From Opitutia bacterium (lineage in GTDB: Bacteria > Verrucomicrobiota > Verrucomicrobiia > Opitutales > Opitutaceae): a DNA stretch of 64,000 bases. Under the pieces are notes generated by a model. The model saw nothing but the letters and a program-made list of their open reading frames with translations. It did no database searches and was not told where the DNA came from. Shown here in pieces: positions 20,359 through 29,782 of the stretch. Both the position numbers and the translations under genes were made by a program. The stretch spans positions 1 to 64,000 of the forward strand of contig CANJVR010000006.1 of the NCBI GenBank assembly GCA_947478395.1, given 5' to 3'. The number at the start of each line of letters is the position of its first letter. Positions within the stretch are counted from its first letter, which is position 1.

Positions 20359-22401
20359 TTACTTGGGCAGCTGCCAATTTTCGTCGAAGAGTCCGCCCGT
20401 GACCAAGTCGGGGACCGGTGCGCCGGCCTTCACTTTCACGATCGCGTAGTCGCCCCACAGCGGCGTGCCGTAGTCGCCATTGTAGCCGCGGTCCTCGATC
20501 GTCAGGCCCGTATTCAACACCACGTATTTCGCGGGATTGAGCGGGTTCGGATAAATCATCGCCGGATAATTTTCACTCGCGGCGAAGGTCTCGGTCCCGA
20601 GCGTGACGTTTTGCTTGGTCCATTTGAACGGGAGCTTGCCGTTCAACTGCGCAATCCAGGAATTGCTGCCGGGATCGCCGAAGAGCACGACGTGATATTT
20701 GGCGAAATCCTCCGGTGTGACGTCCTTGTCATCCTTCACGAAGGGATGCCCGCGGAAAAACTTACCCCAGAGCCGATCGAAACGTGCCATCGTGCGCAGC
20801 GCCTGCTGGTTCACCTCGTCGTTCCACGGCGTGCCGGTCGGCCGCACCAAAAGAAACGGATCAAGGAACGCATCGTCGATCGGGCCCTGCAACGCATGGG
20901 TCTTGTGCAAACCGGCTGCGACGCCGTTGTTCACGACCTGCCACACGGCACCGTCGCGGTTGAGCGTGATTTCGGGGGCCGCCTTAACCTGGAGCGTTTG
21001 CCCATCGATCTTGATCTCGCGAGCGTTGGTCGTTTCGCGCAGCGCCAGCCGGGTGAGATTTTTGGTTTTAATGTCAAAGGATGCACCGCCGTCGGCGCGC
21101 TTCGCATCCACTTCGGCGCGTACGTAGTGTTTTTCCAAACCATCGAGCGAAACCCAGTAATCGCGATTGTACCGCGTCGTATAGGTGAGAAAGCGAATGT
21201 GATCGGGTGAACTCTGGCCCTTATCGCCCCACTCTTTCAGAAACGCGTCGAGTCGCTGGCGGACCAGCGGACTCGTACCGTGGCCAGTCGCGAGCGACTG
21301 CATCCAAAGTCCGGGCACGCCTTGGGAACGCAGGTAGTCGCGTTCGCCCACGGAAGGATAACCTTCCTTTTCCAGTTGCGCGCGGGCGCGGAGCGAGGAC
21401 TCCAGCTGGCCGAGATCAGTTTCACCGTCGTGGCCGGCCAGCGGCAGATTGTGCACGTTGAGCGCCCACTCTGAAATATTCTCCCAAATCCGCAGCGTCG
21501 CGAGCTGGTAGGGTTTAAATTCAGGATGTTGCTCGGCCGTGCGCGACACGGTGCCCGCGCCGATTTCGGCGGCTACGAAGCGATCCGGGTAGTGCAGCGA
21601 AATGTGCCACGCGCCTTCGCCACCCTGCGAGAATCCGCGGAGCACGATGCGCTTGTCGTCGATGTTGAAGCGCCGTTTTACCGCGGCGATGGCTTCAAAG
21701 ATATCCATCTCACCGGCCCAGTGCCAGCCGGCGCCATTGATCCGGCCAAAGCAATCGAGCTGGATTTGGCCCTGATCGGCTACCGGAGGATTGCCGGCGC
21801 CACGACGGAGATGGCTGTAGATGAACTCGGTCTCGGTGGTCGTGTTCTGCCGGCCGTGCAGCCAGACGTAGAGCCGCGTTGGCTTACTGGGATCGTAGTT
21901 TTCCGGCAGCGTGATCCCGTAGGGTAAAACCGCGCCGTCGATGGCGGAGGTGTAGGCGTGAATCTGGCGTTTGCCCTGATTCCATTGCGGCTGGCCGGCT
22001 TGGAGTTGTTTGGCGCGTTCAATACCTTGGTCGAGCGCGGCGAACGCGTGCTCCACCGACGCCTGGTTCGCAAACATGTCCGAGTTTTCGAGCAGCATCC
22101 GGCCAGCATGCGCGTAGGCTTCTACGTCCGTCACGAGGACGGGATCAGCTTGCCTGGCTTTTTTGAGGGCCTGCACGAGTGATTCGATCTCGACGGTCTG
22201 ACTCTTGATTTTCGCGAGCTCCTCGGGCTTCGCTTGCAACGGAGCCGGCGCGGGCGTGGCCGGCCCACGTCCGCGGGCCGCACCCGCGGCGGCCGGCGTC
22301 GCCGCCGATGCGGCAGGAGCTGGTGATGCCGGCGGTTGGGCCATGGCGGTCTGAGCGATCAACGAGGCCACGAGAGTCGCCAAAGGAAGTAGACGTTTCA
22401 T
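20359..22401 (-). CDS. Exported alpha/beta hydrolase (prolyl oligopeptidase/esterase-like)
   Basis: Signal peptide; VWLHG, GFSQGG nucleophile elbow, GHG. Confidence 0.8.
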   Translation of the reverse strand: MKRLLPLATLVASLIAQTAMAQPPASPAPAASAATPAAAGAARGRGPATPAPAPLQAKPEELAKIKSQTVEIESLVQALKKARQADPVLVTDVEAYAHAGRMLLENSDMFANQASVEHAFAALDQGIERAKQLQAGQPQWNQGKRQIHAYTSAIDGAVLPYGITLPENYDPSKPTRLYVWLHGRQNTTTETEFIYSHLRRGAGNPPVADQGQIQLDCFGRINGAGWHWAGEMDIFEAIAAVKRRFNIDDKRIVLRGFSQGGEGAWHISLHYPDRFVAAEIGAGTVSRTAEQHPEFKPYQLATLRIWENISEWALNVHNLPLAGHDGETDLGQLESSLRARAQLEKEGYPSVGERDYLRSQGVPGLWMQSLATGHGTSPLVRQRLDAFLKEWGDKGQSSPDHIRFLTYTTRYNRDYWVSLDGLEKHYVRAEVDAKRADGGASFDIKTKNLTRLALRETTNAREIKIDGQTLQVKAAPEITLNRDGAVWQVVNNGVAAGLHKTHALQGPIDDAFLDPFLLVRPTGTPWNDEVNQQALRTMARFDRLWGKFFRGHPFVKDDKDVTPEDFAKYHVVLFGDPGSNSWIAQLNGKLPFKWTKQNVTLGTETFAASENYPAMIYPNPLNPAKYVVLNTGLTIEDRGYNGDYGTPLWGDYAIVKVKAGAPVPDLVTGGLFDENWQLPK

Positions 22402-22480
22402 AAATAAATCTCCGAGGGGCTACGGGGGTAACGGACGAGGCCGATGCAAGACGGCAGAGGGCGGAAAGGAAACTGGATTC

Positions 22481-22620
22481 TTAGAGTGGTGTAACCAAAT
22501 GCGCAGCCGCTAACGACGGAGCGACAGGCGTCCCTCCCCGCCGCAACGAGGACGTCGAACCCCGCAGGCAAAGACGCCTGCCGCTACCCAAAACCGCCCC
22601 AGAAACTTTGAACCGCTCCA
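22481..22620. repeat. REP/MITE-like family A, copy 2 (degenerate, full length)
   Basis: TTAGAGTGGTGTAACC...GACGCCTGCCGCTACCCAAAA...AACCGCTCCA aligns with the reverse complement of 56240-56376. Confidence 0.75.
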
Positions 22621-22744
22621 GCGAGCGAGGCGCAGGAATCACCGAACCCTCCCCGCAGGGCGAGGCAGGTCGCGTCGCTTGTTTTCCGAATCGCTCCAAC
22701 GTCCGTACCACGCACTAACCTTACTCAAAGCCTTCTCGCCGCGT

Positions 22745-24589
22745 TCACCCTTCGCTCTGTCCGAACTGAAGCTCGCTGAGTTTACGATAAAGCCCGGCCG
22801 GGAGCGCCGAGAGTTCGGCGTGCGTGCCGATTTCCACGATTCGTCCCGCTTCCAACACCGCGATGCGATCCGCCGTGCGGATCGTCGCCAAGCGGTGCGC
22901 AACGATAAAACTCGTCCGGTCTTTCATCAACCGGTCGAGCGCGACCTGCACGAGCCGCTCGCTTTCGCTGTCGAGCGAACTGGTCGCCTCGTCGAGGATG
23001 AGTACGGCCGGATTTTTCAAAATCGCCCGCGCGATCGCCACCCGCTGACGCTGCCCGCCCGAGAGTTTGATCCCGCGATCGCCCACGAGCGTGCCATAGC
23101 CTTCGGGAAACGCGGAAATAAATTCGTCGGCGTTGGCCAGTCGCGCCGCGTCGCGAATCGCCGCGTCGCTCGCACCGGGGCGACCATAGGCAATATTCTC
23201 GGCGATCGTGCCGCCAAACAGCAGCACGTCCTGCGGCACGATCGCCAGCTGGCCGCGAAGCCACGCCAGCGGATATTCCTTCGCCTCGCGGCCGTCGAAA
23301 CTCAGCCGCCCACCGTCCGGCTCATAAAACCGCAGCAGCAATGCCGTGAGCGTCGACTTGCCCGCGCCACTCGGTCCCACCAATGCAATGCGCTCGCCGG
23401 GCCGCGCCACCAGCGAGACGTCGCGCAACACCGCGACCTCCGGCCGCGACGGGTAGTGAAAACTGACGCCTTCGAAGGCGACCTCGCCCCGCAAGCGTTC
23501 CGGCAAATCCGTCGCCCCGACCGGCGCATCCGGCGCGATCTCCACGGTTTCGCGCAGCAGTTCGCGCACGCGTTGGGTGGCACCCACGGTCTTTTGAATC
23601 TGGCTGAACAACTCAGCGGACTGCCCCATCGCTCCCGCGACAAACGTGGTATAGAGCACGAAACGCGTCAGTTCACCCGGAGTGATAGCGCCCGCCCGCA
23701 ACAGACCCGCACCAAACCACAGCACGATCACGATGCCGCCAAACAGCGCGACGATGAAGAAGGCGACAAACACCGCGCGCCAACGCGCCGCGCTCAGGGC
23801 CGCCGCGAGCACGCGAGCGTTGGCCCGTTCGTAGCGGCCCAGTTCGAACGCCTCGTTCGCAAACGCCTTCACGCTCGCGATCGCCTGCAAGGTTTCCTCG
23901 ACGATGGTATTCGTCGCCGCGAGCTGGTCCTGCGTCTCGCGCGAGAACCGCCGCAGCCGCCGGCCGAAAAAAACCGCGGCGGCAATCAGCACCGGCAGCG
24001 TGCCCAGCATGATTGCCGTCAACCGGCCGGAGGTGAGCGCGATCATCGTGACGCCACCGATTAGAAACACGACCTGCCGGCACATCTGCGGCAACGCGTC
24101 GATCAAAGCCCCTTCGATCTGCGCGACGTCGGTGGACACACGACTCGTAAGTTCTCCCACGCGACGCTGGCCAAAGAAGGCCATCGGCAACGCAATCAGC
24201 CGCGCGTAACAGTCGCGCCGCAGATCGGCGAGCGCGCGTTGGCCCACCCGGTTGAACGACAGCGCGCTGTTAAACGACGCGAGTGCCTGGACCGTGACCG
24301 CCGCCACCAGCAGCAAGGCGATCCGGTCCAGACTTACGGCACCGAGCACCGGCAGCGTCGCACCGGCCGGATGGAGTGCCGCATCGATCAACGATCCCGC
24401 GAGCAACGGAAACGCGAGGCCGAGCGAAGCGCTGATGAACAACGTCGTCAGTCCGCCGAAAAATCGCGCGCGATACGGCCGCACGTAGCGGGCCAGTGCC
24501 AGCGTTTGGGCGAGGCTTTCACGCGTGAGCGGCGCTTTCGGGAGGCGATCGAGGGCGTTATCTTCGGATTGAGCACTACGGCGGGCCAT
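22745..24589 (-). CDS. ABC exporter, fused TMD-NBD (MsbA/Mdl-like)
   Basis: TM domain; GPSGAGKS, LSGGQRQ, ILDEATSSLD, AHRL. Confidence 0.95.
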   Translation of the reverse strand: MARRSAQSEDNALDRLPKAPLTRESLAQTLALARYVRPYRARFFGGLTTLFISASLGLAFPLLAGSLIDAALHPAGATLPVLGAVSLDRIALLLVAAVTVQALASFNSALSFNRVGQRALADLRRDCYARLIALPMAFFGQRRVGELTSRVSTDVAQIEGALIDALPQMCRQVVFLIGGVTMIALTSGRLTAIMLGTLPVLIAAAVFFGRRLRRFSRETQDQLAATNTIVEETLQAIASVKAFANEAFELGRYERANARVLAAALSAARWRAVFVAFFIVALFGGIVIVLWFGAGLLRAGAITPGELTRFVLYTTFVAGAMGQSAELFSQIQKTVGATQRVRELLRETVEIAPDAPVGATDLPERLRGEVAFEGVSFHYPSRPEVAVLRDVSLVARPGERIALVGPSGAGKSTLTALLLRFYEPDGGRLSFDGREAKEYPLAWLRGQLAIVPQDVLLFGGTIAENIAYGRPGASDAAIRDAARLANADEFISAFPEGYGTLVGDRGIKLSGGQRQRVAIARAILKNPAVLILDEATSSLDSESERLVQVALDRLMKDRTSFIVAHRLATIRTADRIAVLEAGRIVEIGTHAELSALPAGLYRKLSELQFGQSEG

Positions 24590-24680
24590 AGAAGGGGACC
24601 GTCGCTGCCGCCCTCAAAAAGACAAGCATCGAGCCGTGCTTTTCCGGCGCAGCGCGGAGCCGACGTCTCGCGCTACGGCA

Positions 24681-26597
24681 TCACTTCGTAGCGGCCGCCG
24701 TGACCAGATCCCACTGCGCCCCCGCTCGCTGGACGATCGAAGCACCATCACCCGCAAGGAGAAAACCGCGCGTGACCAAATCGTCGGCGACCGCCTGCGC
24801 CTTCGCGAGGTACTCCGCCCGCGAAGCATAACGTTCCTCGACCGATCGCCGCGGATCTTGCGCCGCCGTGCCGGCAGCGCGCGTCGCAGGGAACGGAATC
24901 CACGATCCCATCAACGCCACCAGATCGACCGGTTCGCCCTTCCCCAGACGGCGAAAATTCCATCCGGTGTAAGTTGCCAACGGCACCGCGACATCCGGCA
25001 ACCGGACGCCGGCACGCTCGTTGCCGTCGGCGTCCACCTGAGAAACGTAAAGCGGAAGCGGGGCGCCCGCGCCCGCCCCGTTCGCCACGAGGGGATTCAT
25101 CGCGCGCAAACCGCCGGTAAGTGTCCGCGGAGACTTGACGCCACCGATCGCCGGAAACGCCACCGCGTCGGCGCGCACGAGCGTACCTTCGCGGAACGTC
25201 GGATAGGCGCTCGCGGGTGGCAGCGTGCCGTCCTGCACCCAGCGATGCATTGCGGGCAAGAGTGCGCGCATGATCCACCAGTAATCCAGCGGGTTCAGGC
25301 GTTGTTGCCCGGTCGTCGCCTCCAACGGCGGGAAACGTCCGGGGCCGTGCTGGCCACCCGCGAAGAAATAACTGCGCACATTTTCCGGCAGCGGAATATC
25401 CTTCGGGCCCGCCGAATCCGTGTGCACGAGCGCGGCGACGCGGCCACCGCCCCAGTATTCCACCGCGGTATTGGTGTAAAAAATCTTCGGCGCGAATTTG
25501 CCGCGGGGATTGTCGAGCAGGCCCTCGCGCACGCCGCTGATGGGATCGACCTGGGCGGCATCGCTAAACGGAAACGCGGTCGCCGAGTACGTGCCGAGTT
25601 CGCGGGGCAGCGACCAGCGACGGTTAAAATCGATGCGCGCCGCTCCCGCGATATGCGCCATTACGCCGTCAAACACCGGCCGGTCGCGCTCATCGTGGTT
25701 AAATCCCTCGTAGAGAAACGCCCGGAGAAAACGTCCGCTCTGCGAAGAACCGAAACCATACACATACCGCACCGGTGCCAGCGCGTCGGGCTGATGTTTC
25801 AACCACGCCGCCGTGTCGCGAATCGCCGCGAAGCCAAGCCCCGCGATCGGTGGATTCGTCGCGCGATAAAAAATCTCATAGGTCTTCCCCGCTTCGAAGC
25901 CGCCGTCGAGCACGAGCGCGCGATTCTTCCACCGCCATTGCGCGCGGGGAATTTCCCGACCTTCGGCGTCCATCGCCGCCCCGCGTACCGTGAGCCGGCT
26001 GTCGGGTCCGGCGGGATCAGAGGGGGCGTATACGGCCAGATCGGCCACCGTGTGCGCGGTCGCGCCGTCATCGAGCACGAACTTGGCGTGCACCACCCCG
26101 GAGATCGGCTTCCCGCCGTCGGTGGCCACCGGCACGTCGATGCCCATAAGACCCTCGCCGCGCGGCACGTCGAATTCCCAACCGACCCAAACCAAGGTAT
26201 AGCCCTCGCGCATCAGAAATTTATCGCCGAGCTCGAGCTCGGTCGTGGGATCACCGACGGCTCCGCGATTGAAGTTGGTAATCATGCTCCGCCGGCCGCG
26301 ATTGGAGATCTCAAGCAGCGCCGCACCGTTACCCGCTTTGGGATTCGTGGGTCTAAGAATGACAAGGTCAGCCGAGAACTCGACGCGACCGGCCGCGTTG
26401 CGGGGAGCGCGGTCCATATCAGCGATCACGCGGTTGCCAGCCAGCTGCGGATCGACCGCGAAGTGAATGGTACCAACAATTTTCTCGTAGCCCGATGCAC
26501 CAATCTCCGCGCGTCGCGCGATGTCGACCCGCGTGACTTCCGCCGCCGCCAGTCCAGCCATGGCCAAAAACGCGCCGATGCGAACCAAGGTTTTCAT
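24681..26597 (-). CDS. Exported alpha/beta-hydrolase-domain protein
   Basis: Signal peptide; GLGFAAIRD, GSSQSGRFLR, DADGNERAGVRLP, SVEERY. Confidence 0.82.
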   Translation of the reverse strand: MKTLVRIGAFLAMAGLAAAEVTRVDIARRAEIGASGYEKIVGTIHFAVDPQLAGNRVIADMDRAPRNAAGRVEFSADLVILRPTNPKAGNGAALLEISNRGRRSMITNFNRGAVGDPTTELELGDKFLMREGYTLVWVGWEFDVPRGEGLMGIDVPVATDGGKPISGVVHAKFVLDDGATAHTVADLAVYAPSDPAGPDSRLTVRGAAMDAEGREIPRAQWRWKNRALVLDGGFEAGKTYEIFYRATNPPIAGLGFAAIRDTAAWLKHQPDALAPVRYVYGFGSSQSGRFLRAFLYEGFNHDERDRPVFDGVMAHIAGAARIDFNRRWSLPRELGTYSATAFPFSDAAQVDPISGVREGLLDNPRGKFAPKIFYTNTAVEYWGGGRVAALVHTDSAGPKDIPLPENVRSYFFAGGQHGPGRFPPLEATTGQQRLNPLDYWWIMRALLPAMHRWVQDGTLPPASAYPTFREGTLVRADAVAFPAIGGVKSPRTLTGGLRAMNPLVANGAGAGAPLPLYVSQVDADGNERAGVRLPDVAVPLATYTGWNFRRLGKGEPVDLVALMGSWIPFPATRAAGTAAQDPRRSVEERYASRAEYLAKAQAVADDLVTRGFLLAGDGASIVQRAGAQWDLVTAAATK

Positions 26598-26650
26598 GGC
26601 GCAACCATCCGCGAGATTAGGAATACGGGGCAATCGCTTTTATCGCGACG

Positions 26651-26710
26651 CGGGAGCGCAGACGCCCTCGTCCGCAACGTAAAATTCGGCCGGGGGCGGC
26701 GACGCTCCCG
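26651..26710. repeat. GGGAG-type REP-like palindrome (degenerate)
   Basis: CGGGAGCGCAGACGCCCTCGTCCG...CGGCCGGGGGCGGCGACGCTCCCG; resembles 58154-58216. Confidence 0.65.
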
Positions 26711-26837
26711 TGCAACCTTCACGCGCCGGTTGACGCTCCGGAGCGCCGAGGCTTTTCTCGCCCGCGCATCGCCCTCATCCCTTTTTCGGCGAAGTATTTC
26801 CTTCTTCGCGCCCCCGCCCCGTCAGGAAAATACCATC

Positions 26838-29063
26838 ATGCTGCTTTCTCCCCGCTCGTTCCGTTTCGTGCTCGCCGCTTTTTCGTGCTGGGTCGGTGCG
26901 GCTGCGCTCCTGCTGCCCGCCGCTGCCGCACAGCCTGCTCCCGCACCCGCTCCCGCGGCCGCCTCAGCCGACCCGTTTCCCAATCCCGTCTTCCCCTTTG
27001 GCGCCGTGTATTTCCGGAAATCGAGTCCACCGGAACAAGATTGGGCCAGCGATCACCAGACAGCGGCCGGACTCGGGATTAATATTTTCCGGCACTGGTT
27101 CATGTGGGCCTCAATCGAGGTTTCACCGGGGAAATACGACTGGCGGGACTACGATCGCATGGTGGAACTCGAGGGCCAGAATCACATCAAGGTCATCATC
27201 GCGGAAAACGTCACGGGGGCACCGGAATGGATGTGGGACAAATATCCCCACGCGCGAAATACGAGCGCCGACGGCACGGAAAGTTATCCGGGCACCGTCA
27301 CCGGCAGTGCGACCGGCAATGCGCTTCTCTGCCTCGACAACGATGAGGTGCGCGCCCAAGCCGGAAAATTCCTGACGGCGCTCGTCGAGCGTTACCGCGA
27401 CAAGCCGGCGATGATGGGCTACGACCTCTGGAACGAGAGCAACCCGCAGGAATGTTTTTGCGCGGCGTCGCAGGAAAAATTCCGGGAATGGCTGAAAGAA
27501 AAATACGGCACCGTCGAGGCCCTGGGCCGTGCGTGGCATCGTAACAGTCTCGGCGACTGGCCCTCCGTGCATCCGCCCCACGGCAACATCGGCTACCCCG
27601 ACGCGCTCGACTGGCTCGCGTTTCGCCGCGACGACGCGATGCGGCTCCTGCGCTGGCGCATCGATCTCATTCGCACCCTCGATAAAAAAAATCTGATCAC
27701 CGCGCACGGTACCGGTCTGCTCAACGCCATCGCCTGGCGCGTGCCGGCGCAGGTGGACACGTTCGGCTACACGTGGGTTGCGTCGCGGCATTCGAACGAA
27801 CCCTGGCTCCAGTTCAACGTCGCCGACACGGTCCGCAGTGGCGCGCGCGGCAAACCGTTTTGGCATTCTGAAGCGACGGGCGGCCCGCTTTGGCTGCAAC
27901 CGCAAGTGCTCAACCGTCCGCTCGAAGACGGCCGCAGTTCGGACGACAAGGATGTGCGCGTCTGGAGCCTCATCGACATGACCGCCGGCGCGAGCGGTAT
28001 CCAGTTTACCCGCTGGCGGCCGTTGCTCGATGGCCCCCTCTTCGGCGCGTTCGGCCCGATGGGGATGGACGGCTCGGTGACGCCGCAAGCCGAGATGGCT
28101 GGCAAGCTCGCGCGCTGGGCTAACGCGCATCCGGATCTTTGGAAATCGCATCCCGTGAAAGGCGAAGTCGGCATCTTGTTTGTGCCGGAGTCGCTCGACT
28201 TCGCGTCGATCCAAGGCCTCGGCGCCGCCGCCGGTGGACGCGCCGGTGGTGGCGGTGAAGGCGGCGGCGCCAACGGTTACACCCAATCCGCCCAAGGCGC
28301 GTATCAGGCCTTATTCGACTCAAACATTCAGGCGGACTACGTGGCGCTCGACGACATCGGGGACTATCCACTGATCTACCTGCCGTTCCCCGAAATGCTC
28401 ACGCAAGCCACGGCGAACAAACTCCGCGATTACGTGGCGAAAGGTGGGATGCTCGTGAGCGAAGGCTGTCCGGGCTATTTCGGCGACGGCGGACGCGTCG
28501 GTACCGTTCAGCCCAACCTCGGGCTTGATCAGCTTTTCGGCGCGCGCGAAGCGTACGTGCAGTTTACGCCCGATCTCCTCGGGAAACTCGCGCTGACGGT
28601 GAAAGGCAAGCCGGTGGGCGGCCAATATTTCCTGCAGGAATATAAACTCGCCGGCGGCACGGAGGCGGGACGTTTCGCCAACGGCCACATCGCCGCCGTG
28701 GAAAACACGTTTGGAAAAGGGAAAACGCTGCTCATCGGTACATTTCCGGGTGGCGGATATTTCCGGAATCACACGCCGGCGACGCGCGAATTTTTTGCGG
28801 GCCTGCTTGAATGGGCGGGGACGCGACCCCAAATTACGTCAAGCGAGCCAGAGATCAAAGCCCGGCTGCATCGCGGCGCGGGTGGCACGTACCTGTGGGT
28901 CGTGAATCCCACGCGCACGACTCACACCGTGCAGATTTCGCTCCCGGCCGGCTTTAAACAGGCCAGCGACCTCTGGCAGGAATCAAATCGCCCCACCGTG
29001 AGCGGCACGATGCTGACAACCACGGTCGAGGACCGAAACGCCGCGGTGATCAAATTGGAGTAA
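26838..29063 (+). CDS. Beta-galactosidase-like glycoside hydrolase (GH42), exported
   Basis: Signal peptide; WASIEVSPGKYDW, WNE acid/base, FREWLKEKYGTVEAL, FWHSE, trimerisation-type C-terminus. Confidence 0.85.
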   Translation: MLLSPRSFRFVLAAFSCWVGAAALLLPAAAAQPAPAPAPAAASADPFPNPVFPFGAVYFRKSSPPEQDWASDHQTAAGLGINIFRHWFMWASIEVSPGKYDWRDYDRMVELEGQNHIKVIIAENVTGAPEWMWDKYPHARNTSADGTESYPGTVTGSATGNALLCLDNDEVRAQAGKFLTALVERYRDKPAMMGYDLWNESNPQECFCAASQEKFREWLKEKYGTVEALGRAWHRNSLGDWPSVHPPHGNIGYPDALDWLAFRRDDAMRLLRWRIDLIRTLDKKNLITAHGTGLLNAIAWRVPAQVDTFGYTWVASRHSNEPWLQFNVADTVRSGARGKPFWHSEATGGPLWLQPQVLNRPLEDGRSSDDKDVRVWSLIDMTAGASGIQFTRWRPLLDGPLFGAFGPMGMDGSVTPQAEMAGKLARWANAHPDLWKSHPVKGEVGILFVPESLDFASIQGLGAAAGGRAGGGGEGGGANGYTQSAQGAYQALFDSNIQADYVALDDIGDYPLIYLPFPEMLTQATANKLRDYVAKGGMLVSEGCPGYFGDGGRVGTVQPNLGLDQLFGAREAYVQFTPDLLGKLALTVKGKPVGGQYFLQEYKLAGGTEAGRFANGHIAAVENTFGKGKTLLIGTFPGGGYFRNHTPATREFFAGLLEWAGTRPQITSSEPEIKARLHRGAGGTYLWVVNPTRTTHTVQISLPAGFKQASDLWQESNRPTVSGTMLTTTVEDRNAAVIKLE

Positions 29064-29070
29064 GCCGAGG

Positions 29071-29163
29071 TAAACGTTGAAAACGGTGAAACCTTGAAAC
29101 CCGGTTGGCCCCTACCACCGCTTTTTTCAGGATTTCACCGTTTCACCGTTTCGAGATTTTCAC
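29071..29163. repeat. Hairpin made of tandem octamers (AAACGGTG-like / TTTCACCG-like)
   Basis: AAACGTTG AAAACGGTG AAACCTTG AAAC ... TTTCAGGA TTTCACCG TTTCACCG TTTCGAGA TTTTCAC. Confidence 0.7.
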
Positions 29164-29417
29164 TTAGGCGGCATCGGCGCGTTCAGATCCTTCGCCGCCG
29201 GCAGCGGCGTGAGCTCAATGTTGCGAAAATCGATGGGCGTACCTTCCGCCTGAAATGCGATCATGCCGGCTGAAGGCTTCACGCCAGTCATGCGATTCAC
29301 GAGGACGCCGTTTACCGTCAGGGTGATGGTGTCGCCCTCGACCAGGATGTCGTAGACGTTCCATTCGCCCGCCGGCTTTTCGATGTCCGCTGGCGCGGTG
29401 CGCTTCAGGCGGCCCGT
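29160..29417 (-). pseudogene. 3' fragment of DUF1080 (3-keto-disaccharide hydrolase-like) gene
   Basis: Manual translation: ...EKPAGEWNVYDILVEGDTITLTVNGVLVN...GMIAFQAEGTPIDFRNIEL...K*; in-frame TGA at 29420-29418, 5' part absent. Confidence 0.8.
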
Positions 29418-29420
29418 TCA

Positions 29421-29624
29421 ACGCCGCTCGCCGAACCGTTAACGCGGTTCACGCAGCATCTCGCCGCGAATGACGTCGATCTCGCGCAGACTCCGGCGAC
29501 CTTTGGCGCGCCGCTAACGTTCGATGCCGCCACGGAAAAATTTACCGGCGAAAACAGTGCCGCGGCCAACCCGCTGCGGAGTCGCGAGTATCGTGCGCCT
29601 TGGATCGTGCCGCAGCTGGCGTAA
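29421..29624 (+). pseudogene. 3' fragment of probable Gfo/Idh/MocA oxidoreductase
   Basis: Manual translation: TPLAEPLTRFTQHLAANDVDLAQTPATFGAPLTFDAATEKFTGENSAAANPLRSREYRAPWIVPQLA*, a typical PVC Gfo/Idh/MocA C-terminus. Confidence 0.7.
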
Positions 29625-29782
29625 GACGATCCCGAATTCGGCGGCGAACAGCTCATCAAGATACCCCGTCGTAGCGCGCCACTCCTCTTCCGAGGGGAAT
29701 CAAACTAAGCGGCCCAAATTCCCCCGTAAGAGGGGCGCCCGCAGGACGTGGTGGGGCGCACCGTCCAAGCGACGCGCTCCCC

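Noticed and set aside
24636..29063. 1475-aa ORF as a giant fusion protein
   Set aside because: The first ~730 codons are mostly the antisense shadow of the hydrolase at 24681-26597; the real GH42 starts at ATG 26838 with a signal peptide
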